Of a stretch of DNA of 64,000 nt, positions 32,430 through 42,635 are shown piece by piece; the stretch's first letter is position 1; each line of letters starts with the position of its first letter. Where the stretch lies: positions 96,001 through 160,000 of the forward strand of contig CAWEMM010000014.1 of the NCBI GenBank assembly GCA_963810095.1, read 5' to 3'. A program made the translations under genes and the position numbers. The notes beneath the pieces are model-generated. The model had not been told where the DNA came from, did no database searches, and saw only the letters and a list, made by a program, of their open reading frames with translations. The DNA comes from an uncultured Chloroflexia bacterium (lineage in GTDB: Bacteria; Chloroflexota; Anaerolineae; CG2-30-64-16).

Positions 32430-34269
32430 TCACTTCGGCATCTCCGAATTGGGGGTCAGCCCCAACACTTGAACGGCGTCGCGCGCCACTTCGCCGAAGA
32501 CCGGCAGCGCGACCGCCTCTGCCCAACGCGACTTCTTGGGCTGGTCCAGCTTCACCAGCACGACGATCTGCGGATCAGCAGCGGGCAGGAAGCCCACGAA
32601 GCTGGTAATGGTCAGCGGGTTCGTGTACCCGGCCTGCTCCGGGATTTCGGCGGTGCCCGTCTTGCCCGCAACCCGGAACCCCGGCACGAGCTTCTTGCCG
32701 TTGGTGTAATTTTCCACCGTATAGACCATCATGCGGGTAAGGGTCAACGCGGTCTCCGGCTGCAGCGCGTCGCCAAGCTTGCGGACCGGCAGCGGGTGCA
32801 TCTCTCCGTTCAACACGAGGGCCTTGGCCACCTGCGGCTGCAGGAGCACACCCTTGTTGGCGATGGTCGCGGCCGCGTTGATCATCTGGATCGGCGTAAC
32901 CGAAATGCCCTGGCCGAAGGAGTTCGCCGCCTGGTCGTAGGGACTCCACTGCTCGGTGCCCCACCGCTTGACGATCCCCGCCGCCTCAGGCCCGAGGTCG
33001 ATCTCGCTCGGCTTGCCGAAGCCGAAGAGCCGGATATACCGGTAGAACTCTTCGGACCCCATCTTCAGGCCGATGTCGGCGCTCACCGTGTTCAGCGACT
33101 CGGCCAGGGCATCCCAGCCTGTCACCCAGCCCAGCCGGCGCAGCTGCGAGTTCTTGATGATCTTGTCGCCGACCCTGCGCTCGCCCGTGTCTTCGAATTT
33201 CTGATCGGGGGTGATCGTGCCCAGGTCAAGCGCCGCACCGTAGGTGACGAGCTTGAATACCGAGCCGGGTTCGTAGAGCAAGCCGACCGACGGGTTCTGC
33301 CAGGTCACGGGTTCGGCCCGGTCGTACACGTTCGGATCAAAGGCCGGCCAGTTTGCCAGGGCCAGGATCGCGCCCGTGCGCGGGTCCATAATGATGATGG
33401 ACCCCGACTGCGCCTGATACTTGGCGAGCGCATCGACGAGATCCTGCTCGACCAGGTGCTGCAGCGGCGCGCTCATGTTGAGTACGAGGTCGCGGCCGCT
33501 GACCGACGGCAGGTATAGTTCCCATTCGTGGGGGATCGGTTCGCCCGGGCCGGAAAGCTGGGCCGGACCCCAGGCTGCCGTCGCTGCGCAGCCAGCCGTC
33601 GTAGAACTGCTCCACGCCAGACTGGCCGTCCTGCTTAGCGTCGGCAAACCCCACCAGGTGTGCGCCGAGCGGCCCCTGGGGGTAGGAACGTTTGCGTTTG
33701 GCGTCGCACCAGAACCACGAGGGCACGAGCTTGCTCTTCGTGGCGCGTTCGCACTGCTGGCTGGTGGCGTTCCGTATCAACTGCACGGCCACGCCTTTTT
33801 GGCCGAGCGCTTCCATCAAGACGCCTGGCTCGATCCCCAGTTCCTGTGCGGCCTGGACCACCATGTCGTCCGAGAACTTCGCGGGCTTGTACCGGCTCGG
33901 GTCGAGCCACACTTCCCAGAGAAACGCGTCGGTCGCCAGCAGAGTGCCGTCACGGTCCACGATGCGGCCGCGTGACGTGTCGACGGGCTTTGTGTTCGCA
34001 CGGTTTGTCTGGCTTGCGGAGTTGATCGTTTTGACGACCACCATCTGGGCGAGCACAATCGCCACGAAAAACACGAAACCAATCGCCAGCAGTCGCAGGC
34101 GCCGGACGAGGATCTTGCGCTCGATCGCCTCGGCCTTGGCCGCCTGTTCGGCGCGCACTTCCGCCGTCGGCGCTTCGCTCGCCTCAACTGAATGAGGGAG
34201 CGGGCGCCGCCGGGCCGACCGGCGCGAGGCCGGCTGGCGGGAAGTGGGCGGACGGTTGGCGAAGGCCAT
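32430..34269 (-). CDS. ftsI: Class B penicillin-binding protein FtsI (frameshift near 33575)
   Basis: Single TM, RGRIVDRDG, RSYPQG, EPGSVFK (SxxK), SLN (SxN), GKTGTA (KTG). Confidence 0.93.
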
Positions 34270-34283
34270 CGACGACGCTCGGC

Positions 34284-34688
34284 TTAGCGGTTCGTCGCGG
34301 GTTCGACGGCCAAGGCCGCGGCCGAGGCCTCCACGATGGCTGCTTCACCTGACGGCGCGGCGATCGTCCGCTTGGCCGCCAGCACGTAGCCTTGCTGCGA
34401 GCTGAGCTGGTCGACGTAAGTCGGGGAGTTCCACTGCGCGAGTTGCTCGGCCAGCACCACGTTCTGCTGCTCGAGCACGTGTGCCTTATCCTGGAGCGCG
34501 AGCGTATTGTCATGGAGGGTCGACAGGTCGTTGACCTGCCAGAGGTAAAGGCTGAAGACGGCCGTGAGGACCGCGGCAATGAGCACGTAACGAAGCAAGC
34601 CCGAATACGGCCCGGAGAAGGTTCGCAGGCGGTCGTTAAACCACCGGCCCGGGGACAGGACAGGTGCGGCGGTGGGTCGATGCAACAT
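34284..34688 (-). CDS. ftsL: FtsL-like cell division protein
   Basis: Short bitopic protein with TM then leucine heptads (LHDNTLALQDKAHVLEQQNVVLAEQL), located between rsmH and ftsI. Confidence 0.6.
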   Translation of the reverse strand: MLHRPTAAPVLSPGRWFNDRLRTFSGPYSGLLRYVLIAAVLTAVFSLYLWQVNDLSTLHDNTLALQDKAHVLEQQNVVLAEQLAQWNSPTYVDQLSSQQGYVLAAKRTIAAPSGEAAIVEASAAALAVEPATNR

Positions 34689-34806
34689 GTGGTCCTCCCT
34701 CCATACCATGATTCGCCCGATGCGCTGGACTTTTCAATACGGCCACCTACACGGGTGGCAGCCTCTGTTGGTTCAATCCGACCGGTGGGACAACCGGGCG
34801 AAACCT

Positions 34807-35805
34807 TTACGCCGTATTCTCATTCTCCTGCAAGAGTCGTTCCGCCACCCGCAGTTTCGCACTGCGGCTCCGCGGGTTCGTCGCGATCTCCGCATCGCCC
34901 GGCTGGACCGGCTTACGCGTCACGATCCTCACGGTGGCTTTGTGTCCGCACACGCAGGGCTGCGGGAGCTTTGACCGCACGTAGCCCGGCAGTGTGTCGC
35001 AGATGCAGTCACGGGCCTCACGCTGAAAAAACTGCTTCACTACCCGGTCTTCCAACGAATGGAAGGTGATAACGGCCACCCGACCTGCGGGCGCCAGCAG
35101 CTCAACCGCCTGGGGCAGGACATCCTCCAGGGCGCCAAGCTCGTCATTCACCGCAATGCGCAGCGCCTGGAATACTTCCGTCGCCGGATGCGTGCGTGAG
35201 CGCCGCCCCTGGGGGCTGCCCAGCGAACGCGCCACCACTTCTGCAAGCTGCGTCGTCGTATGGAGCGGGCGGGCCGCCACGATCGCCCGGGCCACCCGGC
35301 GCGAGCGCGGCTCCTCCGCATATTTGTAAATGATGTCGGCCAGTTCGTCAGGCGACCACTCGTTGACGATCTCGGCCGCTTTCAGCGGCTGGCCCGGATC
35401 CATCCGCATGTCCAGCGGGCCCTCGGCCTGGATCGCAAAGCCCCGGCCGGCCTCGTCGAGCTGGAAGGATGAAATTCCGATGTCAAGCAGCACCGCGTCA
35501 ACGCTCGCCGCCGCAAATCCGGCATCCGTCGCCAACCGGGTCAGGTCACGAAAGCTCCCCTGGCGAAAGACGGCCCGGCCCCCAAATCGGGCGAGCCGCT
35601 CCCGGCTGCGTTCCAGGGCCGCCGGATCCTGGTCGATGCCGAGCAGGACACTCTCGGCGCCCCCGGCTTCCAACAGCGCTTCTGCGTGGCCGGCGCCGCC
35701 CAACGTGCCGTCGATCACGCGGACCGGTTTCCCGGTCGCTGCGGTGCGGGCGCTCAGCGCCAGCCCCTCGACGACTTCGTGCAGCAGGACGGGAATGTGT
35801 GCCAT
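34807..35805 (-). CDS. rsmH: 16S rRNA m4C1402 methyltransferase
   Basis: HIPVLL, DGTLGGAGHA, DIGISSFQLD, PLDMRMD, FQALRIAVN, ITFHSLEDR, NPRSRSAKLR. Confidence 0.97.
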   Translation of the reverse strand: MAHIPVLLHEVVEGLALSARTAATGKPVRVIDGTLGGAGHAEALLEAGGAESVLLGIDQDPAALERSRERLARFGGRAVFRQGSFRDLTRLATDAGFAAASVDAVLLDIGISSFQLDEAGRGFAIQAEGPLDMRMDPGQPLKAAEIVNEWSPDELADIIYKYAEEPRSRRVARAIVAARPLHTTTQLAEVVARSLGSPQGRRSRTHPATEVFQALRIAVNDELGALEDVLPQAVELLAPAGRVAVITFHSLEDRVVKQFFQREARDCICDTLPGYVRSKLPQPCVCGHKATVRIVTRKPVQPGDAEIATNPRSRSAKLRVAERLLQENENTA

Positions 35806-35818
35806 CAGCCGCGCCCCC

Positions 35819-36274
35819 TCAGGGCCGGAAGCCCGTGCGGCGCAAGCTCTTGTTGACGTCCTTCCCCTTCAACGATGCCACCCACTCGCCATATTCCGCC
35901 GCGTACCGCTCGGGACTCCAGAGCTCGACACGATCGCCGTTTCCGAGTACAATGACCGAGTCGGCGATGTCGGTCAGCTTGCGGAAGAACGGTGGAATCG
36001 AGAGCCGCCCTTGCTTGTCGAACTCGATCGTTTTGCCGCCGAGCATGGCCCGCATGGCCTTATCGTACTCGGCATCGCGATCTTCGAGCGGCACCTGCTG
36101 CATCTCGTCCATCAGCCGCTTGAATGTCGGCTCGGGGTAGACCCATAGCTGACCCAGGCCGCCGCGGCCCATGACCACCAGTTCGGTGAGCGCAGCCTTA
36201 TACGAAGGAGGCACAAGCATGCGTCCTCGATCGTCGACGGCGTACTCGTCCTCTCCCATGAAGAGGAAGTCCAT
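35819..36274 (-). CDS. mraZ: Transcriptional regulator MraZ
   Basis: Duplicated DDRGR / DKQGR motifs, GNGDRVELWS; first gene of dcw; RBS GAGGAG. Confidence 0.92.
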   Translation of the reverse strand: MDFLFMGEDEYAVDDRGRMLVPPSYKAALTELVVMGRGGLGQLWVYPEPTFKRLMDEMQQVPLEDRDAEYDKAMRAMLGGKTIEFDKQGRLSIPPFFRKLTDIADSVIVLGNGDRVELWSPERYAAEYGEWVASLKGKDVNKSLRRTGFRP

Positions 36275-36320
36275 GATGGCGGCGCTCCTCCGTGCCGGTT
36301 GCGGGTTGAGGTGACGGCTC

Positions 36321-36390
36321 ACCACATTCTACCACGTTTTACCACAATCTACCGTGCCGGCATCATAACTCCCTTTCCTGGTTTTGTCTA
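36321..36390 (-). promoter_or_regulatory. dcw promoter with MraZ-binding direct repeats
   Basis: TAGACA-N17-TATGAT (36390-36362) followed by three GTGGT repeats at exact 10-bp period (ACCAC at 36321, 36331, 36341). Confidence 0.8.
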
Positions 36391-36594
36391 GGGGGCGCAG
36401 CCTCCAATTCGAACATATCGCAAATTTTTAACGTACGTGTATAGGATTTCCCAAACTATTGCAGAAAGGGCGTCGAGCCCAGGTCGGAAGCGATAGGTGA
36501 TGACTAGAAAAGACTATATCATACTGTGCTGCAAAAAGCAATAGTATTAAGTGGAAGAAGGCGCACCCCAAACCGTCTGTAGAGGCAATAGGAA

Positions 36595-36623
36595 CGCCCG
36601 CCGGCCTTTCGACCTGGCGGGCG
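36595..36623 (-). terminator. Hairpin after the transaldolase-family gene
   Basis: CGCCCGCC...GGCGGGCG stem; weak U tract. Confidence 0.4.
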
Positions 36624-36665
36624 CGGAGCCTGATGGTGTGGGGGTTGAAGGGTTACAGCCCGGCG

Positions 36666-37754
36666 TCAGGCGTCCGGGTTGGGCAGCATAACGTCACGGA
36701 CCAGTGCGTTAAGGTCTGCGGCGGCCTTGATGAACTGGCGCAGCGTCCGTACCGTGGGCCCAAAGGCATCGAACTCCGCAGGTGTCAGCCCATCCTCATC
36801 GTACGCGCGCCGGAAGTCGGCGAACTTGCGATATAGCTCGTCCACCACTGCCTCATCCACAGGCTTGTCCATCCGGTTCACCACGGTCACGTCCGATGCG
36901 TTATAGCGCTGTTGCCACTTGTAGGGCGGCGAGATCACCACGTCGCCGCCGATGAACTCGCTCCAATGCAGGTGGTTGCGGAACGCAGCCGACAATAGCC
37001 GCAGCCGGTAGCCCCGCGCCTGGTAAATCCGGTACGCCTTCTTCATCACGGCCACGCCGGCCCACTCGAAGATTGCGGGATCGGCGACGATGTTCTGCTT
37101 CTCCGCTACCACCTTGAGCCAATCGTCGAGCCTGCCCACCATGAGCGTGCACACCGGGCCCATGCGTGCGATGTCGAGGCCCTCGCGCTCGCGGCGCACC
37201 AGCCCGCGCTCGACGGCCTCGGCCACGGCAAGCGCCTGGGGCAGCGCAAAACTGACCGTCGCGTTGATGCTGATGCCGCGATACGTCGCTTCTTCGATCG
37301 CCTCCACGCCTGCCCTTGTCGCCGGGATTTTGACGATCATGTTGGGGGCCAGCCGGCTGAAGCGCTCGGCTTGCTCGACGATTGCGTCGGGGTCCAGGTA
37401 CAGCCGCGGGTCAGTCTGGATGGAGAGGCGCCCGTTCTTCCCGTTGTGGCGCTCAAAAACAGGCATCAGGAGCGCGGCCGCGCGGATCGACATTTCCTCG
37501 ACCAGGCGCCACGACACCTTGTCCTCGGTCGCACAGGCCGTCTCGCGCACCAGGGCCGGGATGCGGTCCTTCCAGAGATGGCCTTCCTTCTTCAACACTT
37601 CCAGCACGATCACGGGATTACACGTCGCACCCACCGCGCCGTTCTGCTGAATGGCAGGCTCGAGCTCAGAAAGCGCGCAGCTGTCGTTCCATAATGCGGT
37701 GGGCGTCGTCCGCGTCATGCAATGCAAAATCGTCTCCGCTGACTCTTGCGTCAT
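36666..37754 (-). CDS. Transaldolase-family protein with atypical active site
   Basis: LWNDS, GATCNP, IVKIPAT (Schiff-base Lys), INATVSF, MVGRLDD. Confidence 0.88.
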   Translation of the reverse strand: MTQESAETILHCMTRTTPTALWNDSCALSELEPAIQQNGAVGATCNPVIVLEVLKKEGHLWKDRIPALVRETACATEDKVSWRLVEEMSIRAAALLMPVFERHNGKNGRLSIQTDPRLYLDPDAIVEQAERFSRLAPNMIVKIPATRAGVEAIEEATYRGISINATVSFALPQALAVAEAVERGLVRREREGLDIARMGPVCTLMVGRLDDWLKVVAEKQNIVADPAIFEWAGVAVMKKAYRIYQARGYRLRLLSAAFRNHLHWSEFIGGDVVISPPYKWQQRYNASDVTVVNRMDKPVDEAVVDELYRKFADFRRAYDEDGLTPAEFDAFGPTVRTLRQFIKAAADLNALVRDVMLPNPDA

Positions 37755-37905
37755 GATCAACCCCCCGATAAGCGATTCTCGCCGGCCCTTCGGTTACGGG
37801 CGTGCGTCGTGCACCGGCCGGGGCTCCGCCCTGTCTGCCGGTCCACGGGTCTCATCATGCCACAAGAGAGAACGCCAGTAAAGTGCTTCCGCACGCTGCC
37901 CGGCG

Positions 37906-39285
37906 TCACGCCCAGACCTTGCAGGCAAGGCCCGCCTGGCCGCAGAACTCGACCAGTTCTTCCGTGTAGCTCCCAGCGACCATGTGGATGTGGTTCGAGC
38001 CGAATTCCATGATGAAGTCGCGGCCGGCGCTCGAACGTACGAACGCCTGCGGATAGGCAGGATTTGCCAGGTTGAGGTCATCGCGCGTCGCCTGCTCCGT
38101 GCAGCCGGCCAGGATTGCCATCCAGTAGTCGCCGCCGCGGCGGCACAGCCGGGCCAGGGTCACCGGCTGTGGTGCGACGACGGCAGGAAGCGCGCCGCCC
38201 CCGCCCACGCCGAACGTGTGCGGCACGAGGTGAATCGCCGAAAGGCCCGACGGGTCGGCGTCGGTCGCAAAGAAGCTCGCCGGCGCCGCGCCGCAGTTCG
38301 CCAGCGTCCAAACGCCGGTCGCAAAGTTCAGCCACCGGATATCCAACAACGCCGCGGGCTTGCCACCGCTGAGCAGGTGCAGTATCTGCATGGTGAGCGC
38401 ACCGTCGGCATCTGACTCGCATGCGTGGACGAAGGCCGATTTCGGGCCGTCCGCGTCGAGCGTCCCATTGAGGAGCATGTGCGCCACACACTGGCTGACA
38501 TAGCCGTCGCTGAGCTCCGGCTGGCACTTGACGCCGGCGAAGTCCAGGCCATGCCGCTCGACCAACCGGCGGGTGGCCAGGTAGGAGCGGACCTGCCGCG
38601 CCAGTTTCTGCGGACCGAAGGCACCGCCATAGCTGATGCCGCCTACCTTACCGGTCAGCCACTCCAGGTGCAGCTCTACCTCAGCGGCCGGCAGGCTCTC
38701 GGCCAGCGCGACGATCTCCGCCTGGTCGAAATGCTCGATGTCGACCCCGAACAGGCGCTGCCATTGGGCCGGATCGGCGGTCGCGGTGAATATCCCGATG
38801 CTCCGCCCGCCGAACAAGCCGAGGGTCTGCCCGCGGAGTTGGGCCCGGGCGCCTGCGGCGGCGAGAAAGGCCAGGACGGGGCGCTGCTCGGCCGGTGTGC
38901 GATGATCCAGGACCCGGGTGTGGCGACAGCCAACCTGGTCCAGTGCGCCGCCCGCGGCGAGCAAGCCGACGATGCTGGACGTCTCGGGCGCGGTGTTCCC
39001 CAGCAGGAGCACGGGCAGAGGCAGGTGATTGTGCAGCTTGAGCGTCAGGATCGGATCGGCCCAGACCGGCAGGTGGATCACCAGCGCCTGGGCGCCGAAC
39101 GCCCGGGCCGCCGCGCCGAACGCCGCGGCGTCGCTGCCGGAGCGAATGATACCTGACTCGACCACGTCGAAGGCGCGCCGAAGCCAGTCGAGGGTGGCGG
39201 TTTCGGCCCTGATGCGGTCGATCCGCTTGGCGAAGAAGTCGTCCCGGCTGTCGCCGAGCGTCGCAAGGGCAACCTTGATTCTCAT
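37906..39285 (-). CDS. L-fucose/L-arabinose isomerase family protein
   Basis: KCQPELS, ACESDADG, NCG, VTLARL, FGSNHIHMVAG. Confidence 0.82.
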   Translation of the reverse strand: MRIKVALATLGDSRDDFFAKRIDRIRAETATLDWLRRAFDVVESGIIRSGSDAAAFGAAARAFGAQALVIHLPVWADPILTLKLHNHLPLPVLLLGNTAPETSSIVGLLAAGGALDQVGCRHTRVLDHRTPAEQRPVLAFLAAAGARAQLRGQTLGLFGGRSIGIFTATADPAQWQRLFGVDIEHFDQAEIVALAESLPAAEVELHLEWLTGKVGGISYGGAFGPQKLARQVRSYLATRRLVERHGLDFAGVKCQPELSDGYVSQCVAHMLLNGTLDADGPKSAFVHACESDADGALTMQILHLLSGGKPAALLDIRWLNFATGVWTLANCGAAPASFFATDADPSGLSAIHLVPHTFGVGGGGALPAVVAPQPVTLARLCRRGGDYWMAILAGCTEQATRDDLNLANPAYPQAFVRSSAGRDFIMEFGSNHIHMVAGSYTEELVEFCGQAGLACKVWA

Positions 39286-39542
39286 TGATGACCCGCCAGA
39301 TGAAAATGAGAATCGCGGCGTCGCAACCGGCCGCCTGGAGCATCATCGCGCAGTATCGGCGTCGGACAGATGACGGTGGTCATGCACGGCGATCGAAGCG
39401 CGCAATTCGCACCCTCCCGGCCTGCGGGGCTGCCACTTGCGCCGGCGAATGCTGGCACCCGCGCGCTTTGCGTTTAGAATGCTGGCGTCGCGCAATAGCG
39501 CGGTTACGACCTGAGGAGTTCCCCTCGAACAAGGAGTAAATC

Positions 39543-40535
39543 ATGACCGCACAGCTTACCCGCACACTTGGCCGTTCCGGCATCGCCGTCAGCGCGCTTG
39601 GGATGGGCTGTTGGGCAATCGGCGGGCCCTTCTGGGATGGCCAAACGCCGCTTGGCTGGGGCGAGGTGGACGACGCCGAGTCGATCCGGGCAATCCATGC
39701 CGCTTTGGAAATGGGGGTCACTTTCTTCGATACGGCGAACGTCTACGGCGCGGGCCACAGCGAGCGCGTGCTCGGCCAAGCCCTCTCCGGCCGCCGCGCC
39801 GGCGTCGTCCTTGCCACCAAGTTCAACGCCGTGTTTGACGAGGCCACGCGCCAGGTGACCGGCAGCGATGCGAGCCCGGACGGCATCCGCAAAGCCTGTG
39901 AAGACTCCTTGCGCCGTCTCCGGACAGACATCATCGACCTGTACCAGTTCCACGACAACGGTTTCCCCGCCGAAAAAGCCGGCCCTGTCCGCGACACGCT
40001 CGAAGAGCTGGTGGCGCACGGCAAGATTCGGGCTTACGGCTGGAGCACCGACCTTCCGAAGAACGCCGAGTTCTTTGCGGCGGGCGCACATTGCGCGGCG
40101 GTCCAGGTCGAGCTCAACGTGCTGGACGACAATCCTGTGATCCTTGAGATTTGCGAGCGGGAGAACCTGGCCGCGATCAATCGTGGTCCCCTGGCGATGG
40201 GCCTGCTGACCGGCAAGTACTCGGCGGGCAGCGGGGTGTCAGCCGACGACGTGCGGGGCCAGAAGAGCCCGGAGTGGATGAAGTACTTCAAGGATGGCCG
40301 GCCGAGCGCCGCATACATGCAGAAGGTGAACGCGGTGCGTGAGATCCTGACCGCTGGCGGCCGGTCGGTCAGCCAGGGCGCGCTTGGTTGGCTGTGGGCC
40401 CGCAGCCCCAAGACGGTGCCAATTCCCGGCTTCCGCACGGTCAAGCAGGCCACGGAAAACGCGAGGGCACTGGAACTTGGCCCCTTATCATCCGGGCAGT
40501 TCGCCGAGATCGAGAAGATCATGGGGCGGGCGTAA
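39543..40535 (+). CDS. Aldo/keto reductase
   Basis: LGMGCWAIGG, FFDTANVYGAGHSE, SLRRLRTDIIDLYQFH, VPIPG. Confidence 0.93.
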   Translation: MTAQLTRTLGRSGIAVSALGMGCWAIGGPFWDGQTPLGWGEVDDAESIRAIHAALEMGVTFFDTANVYGAGHSERVLGQALSGRRAGVVLATKFNAVFDEATRQVTGSDASPDGIRKACEDSLRRLRTDIIDLYQFHDNGFPAEKAGPVRDTLEELVAHGKIRAYGWSTDLPKNAEFFAAGAHCAAVQVELNVLDDNPVILEICERENLAAINRGPLAMGLLTGKYSAGSGVSADDVRGQKSPEWMKYFKDGRPSAAYMQKVNAVREILTAGGRSVSQGALGWLWARSPKTVPIPGFRTVKQATENARALELGPLSSGQFAEIEKIMGRA

Positions 40536-40616
40536 GGGGCGCGAGGGCGGGAGTACGGGCCGGCGGCTGGAGTTGCCTGACTGGGCTTGGGCCACCCGTA
40601 CCGGAAAGCAGGACGC

Positions 40617-41024
40617 GTGAAGTCACGATTACCGAGCGCCGAAGAGATGGCCCGGCTCGTCGCGTTTCTTCCCAAGCTGTACGCTCCCGGCTTCACGCCG
40701 GTGGCAAGCTGGAGCGGTGGAACGCGGGATGAAACGGGGGTCTGGACGCTGCCCTGGCCGGAGTACGATCCTGTCGTCGTCGACTTCTTCAGGCTCGCCG
40801 GCGATGAATGCTGGTGTGATTACCAGTACTCGCCCGAAGTAGCGTGGCAAATGCTGCGCACGCCCGGGCTCGTCGGGTCCGCCTCGTTGGAGCAGATCAA
40901 GACGATGCTGACCTTCTGCACCCGCGGCGAGCGGTTTGCGGATGGGCACTGGGCCGAGATGATCGAGGAGGGCCACGTACGACGGCTGCTGCTGCGCCTG
41001 CAGCAACTGCTTCCCCAAGGGTGA
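40617..41024 (+). CDS. DUF6508-like hypothetical protein
   Basis: PWPEYDPVV..F, WCDYQY, LTFCTRGERFADGHW...G...LL.RL pattern recalled for this family. Confidence 0.6.
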   Translation: MKSRLPSAEEMARLVAFLPKLYAPGFTPVASWSGGTRDETGVWTLPWPEYDPVVVDFFRLAGDECWCDYQYSPEVAWQMLRTPGLVGSASLEQIKTMLTFCTRGERFADGHWAEMIEEGHVRRLLLRLQQLLPQG

Positions 41025-41121
41025 CGGGCCTGTTTGAGCGCGCCGTACCGGCCCTTAAAGCGAACCGGCAGCCCTACATGGCTGCCGATTGTGTGTCACT
41101 GGGGTGACGTCTGGGATTGAG

Positions 41122-41194
41122 CTCCACGAGGAGGACTCGAACCTCCAACCTTGCGGTTAACAGCCGCTTGCTCTGCCGATTGAGCTATCGTGGA
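41122..41194 (-). tRNA. tRNA-Asn (GTT), CCA not encoded
   Basis: TCCACGATAGCTCAATCGGCAGAGCAAGCGGCTGTTAACCGCAAGGTTGGAGGTTCGAGTCCTCCTCGTGGAG folds as a cloverleaf with anticodon GTT. Confidence 0.96.
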
Positions 41195-41216
41195 TCGATC
41201 GACGATCGTATGCGCT

Positions 41217-41244
41217 ATTATACGCACAAGCGCCCGACCGTCAA
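41217..41244 (-). promoter_or_regulatory. Promoter of tRNA-Asn
   Basis: TTGACG-N16-TATAAT on the minus strand. Confidence 0.7.
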
Positions 41245-41281
41245 AAACGACGGGACGCGTGCTTGAGATGCGCCTGAGGCG

Positions 41282-42616
41282 TCAGCCCAGGTAGTCGCGC
41301 AGTTTGCGGCTGCGGATCGGGTGCCGCAGCTTGCGCAGCGCCTTCGCCTCGATTTGGCGGATGCGCTCGCGGGTCACCCCAAACTCCTGCCCGACCTCTT
41401 CCAGTGTGCGCGCCGTGCCGTCCTTCAGGCCAAAACGCATCTCGAGCACCTTGCGCTCGCGTTCGCTCAGACCCTTGAGGATTTCCTCCATCTGCTCCTT
41501 CAGCAGGTGCCGGCTTGCCTGGTCCGCCGGACCGGGCAGGCTTTCGTCCTCGATGAAGTCGGCCAGCGAGCTGTTTTCCTCGGTGCCCACGGGCGTCTCG
41601 AGCGACATCGGCTCCTGCGAAATGCGCATCACCCGGCGCACCTTCGCGGCCGCAATCTGGAGGCGCCGGTTAAGCCCCGCTTCCATCGGCTGGCCCGTCG
41701 CCTGGGCCGCCTCGATGAGCTCCCGGTCTTCCGGCGAAAGGTATTCCATCTCCAGCGCAATCTCTTCGGGCGTCGGATCGCGACCGAGTTCCTGCATGAG
41801 GCGCCGCTGCACCCGGATCTGCCGGTTGATGCTCTCGACCATGTGGACGGGGATGCGGATCGTCCGGGCCTGGTCGGCAATGGCCCGACTGATCGCCTGG
41901 CGAATCCACCACGTCGCATAGGTGCTGAACTTGTAGCCAAGCGTCGGGTCAAACTTGTCCACCGCCCGCAGCAAGCCGATATTCCCCTCCTGGATCAGAT
42001 CCAGGAACGACATGCCGCGGCCAACGTAGCGCTTTGCCACGCTGACGACCAGACGCAAGTTGGCCTGGGCCAAGCGCTGTTCCGCATTCCGGCCCCGCTG
42101 CCGCCTCAGCAGGAGCTCGTCCCGGGCATCCTGCTCCAGATCGTCAGCCTTCAGCGCCTCGGTCGCCTTCTTGCCGTCGGCGATCGCATTGGCCAGGGTG
42201 ATCTCTTCCTCGCCCGAGAGCAGCGCCGTGCGGCCGATCTCGTGCAAATACATTCGTACCGGGTCGCTGGTGACGGTCGGATCGCCCCAGTCGTCCAGCA
42301 CCTCGTCCAGGGGCTTGCGAGCCTCGCGCTCGACTTCCTGTTCCAGCTTGATATCCCGCGGAATCGCGGGCACCTTGGCGTCTTCGGGCGCATCCGGCAG
42401 CACGACGGGCAGGCCGTCGGGTCCCACCGGCACCAAACGCGCAAGGATCTCCTCGCCTTCCAATTCGATCTTCGACTCGTCGACCGTTGCCACACCGAGC
42501 GGTTCCGGAGGCCGCGTTGCCTTCGGGCCGCGTCGCGTCGTGCGAACCGGCGCTTCGTTGGGCGCCTCCGCACGAGAACGGGGTGTGCTGCGCCGGCGTT
42601 CGGCGTTGCTTGGCAT
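41282..42616 (-). CDS. rpoD: Primary RNA polymerase sigma factor
   Basis: [58 protein letters not shown]; downstream of dnaG. Confidence 0.95.
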   Translation of the reverse strand: MPSNAERRRSTPRSRAEAPNEAPVRTTRRGPKATRPPEPLGVATVDESKIELEGEEILARLVPVGPDGLPVVLPDAPEDAKVPAIPRDIKLEQEVEREARKPLDEVLDDWGDPTVTSDPVRMYLHEIGRTALLSGEEEITLANAIADGKKATEALKADDLEQDARDELLLRRQRGRNAEQRLAQANLRLVVSVAKRYVGRGMSFLDLIQEGNIGLLRAVDKFDPTLGYKFSTYATWWIRQAISRAIADQARTIRIPVHMVESINRQIRVQRRLMQELGRDPTPEEIALEMEYLSPEDRELIEAAQATGQPMEAGLNRRLQIAAAKVRRVMRISQEPMSLETPVGTEENSSLADFIEDESLPGPADQASRHLLKEQMEEILKGLSERERKVLEMRFGLKDGTARTLEEVGQEFGVTRERIRQIEAKALRKLRHPIRSRKLRDYLG

Positions 42617-42635
42617 TGCTTCCCCTTTTATGGGC

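Noticed and set aside
41122-41194. tRNA-Asn as an integration site for the 36.6-41.1 kb accessory genes
   Set aside because: No integrase and no duplicated tRNA 3' end seen in the window.
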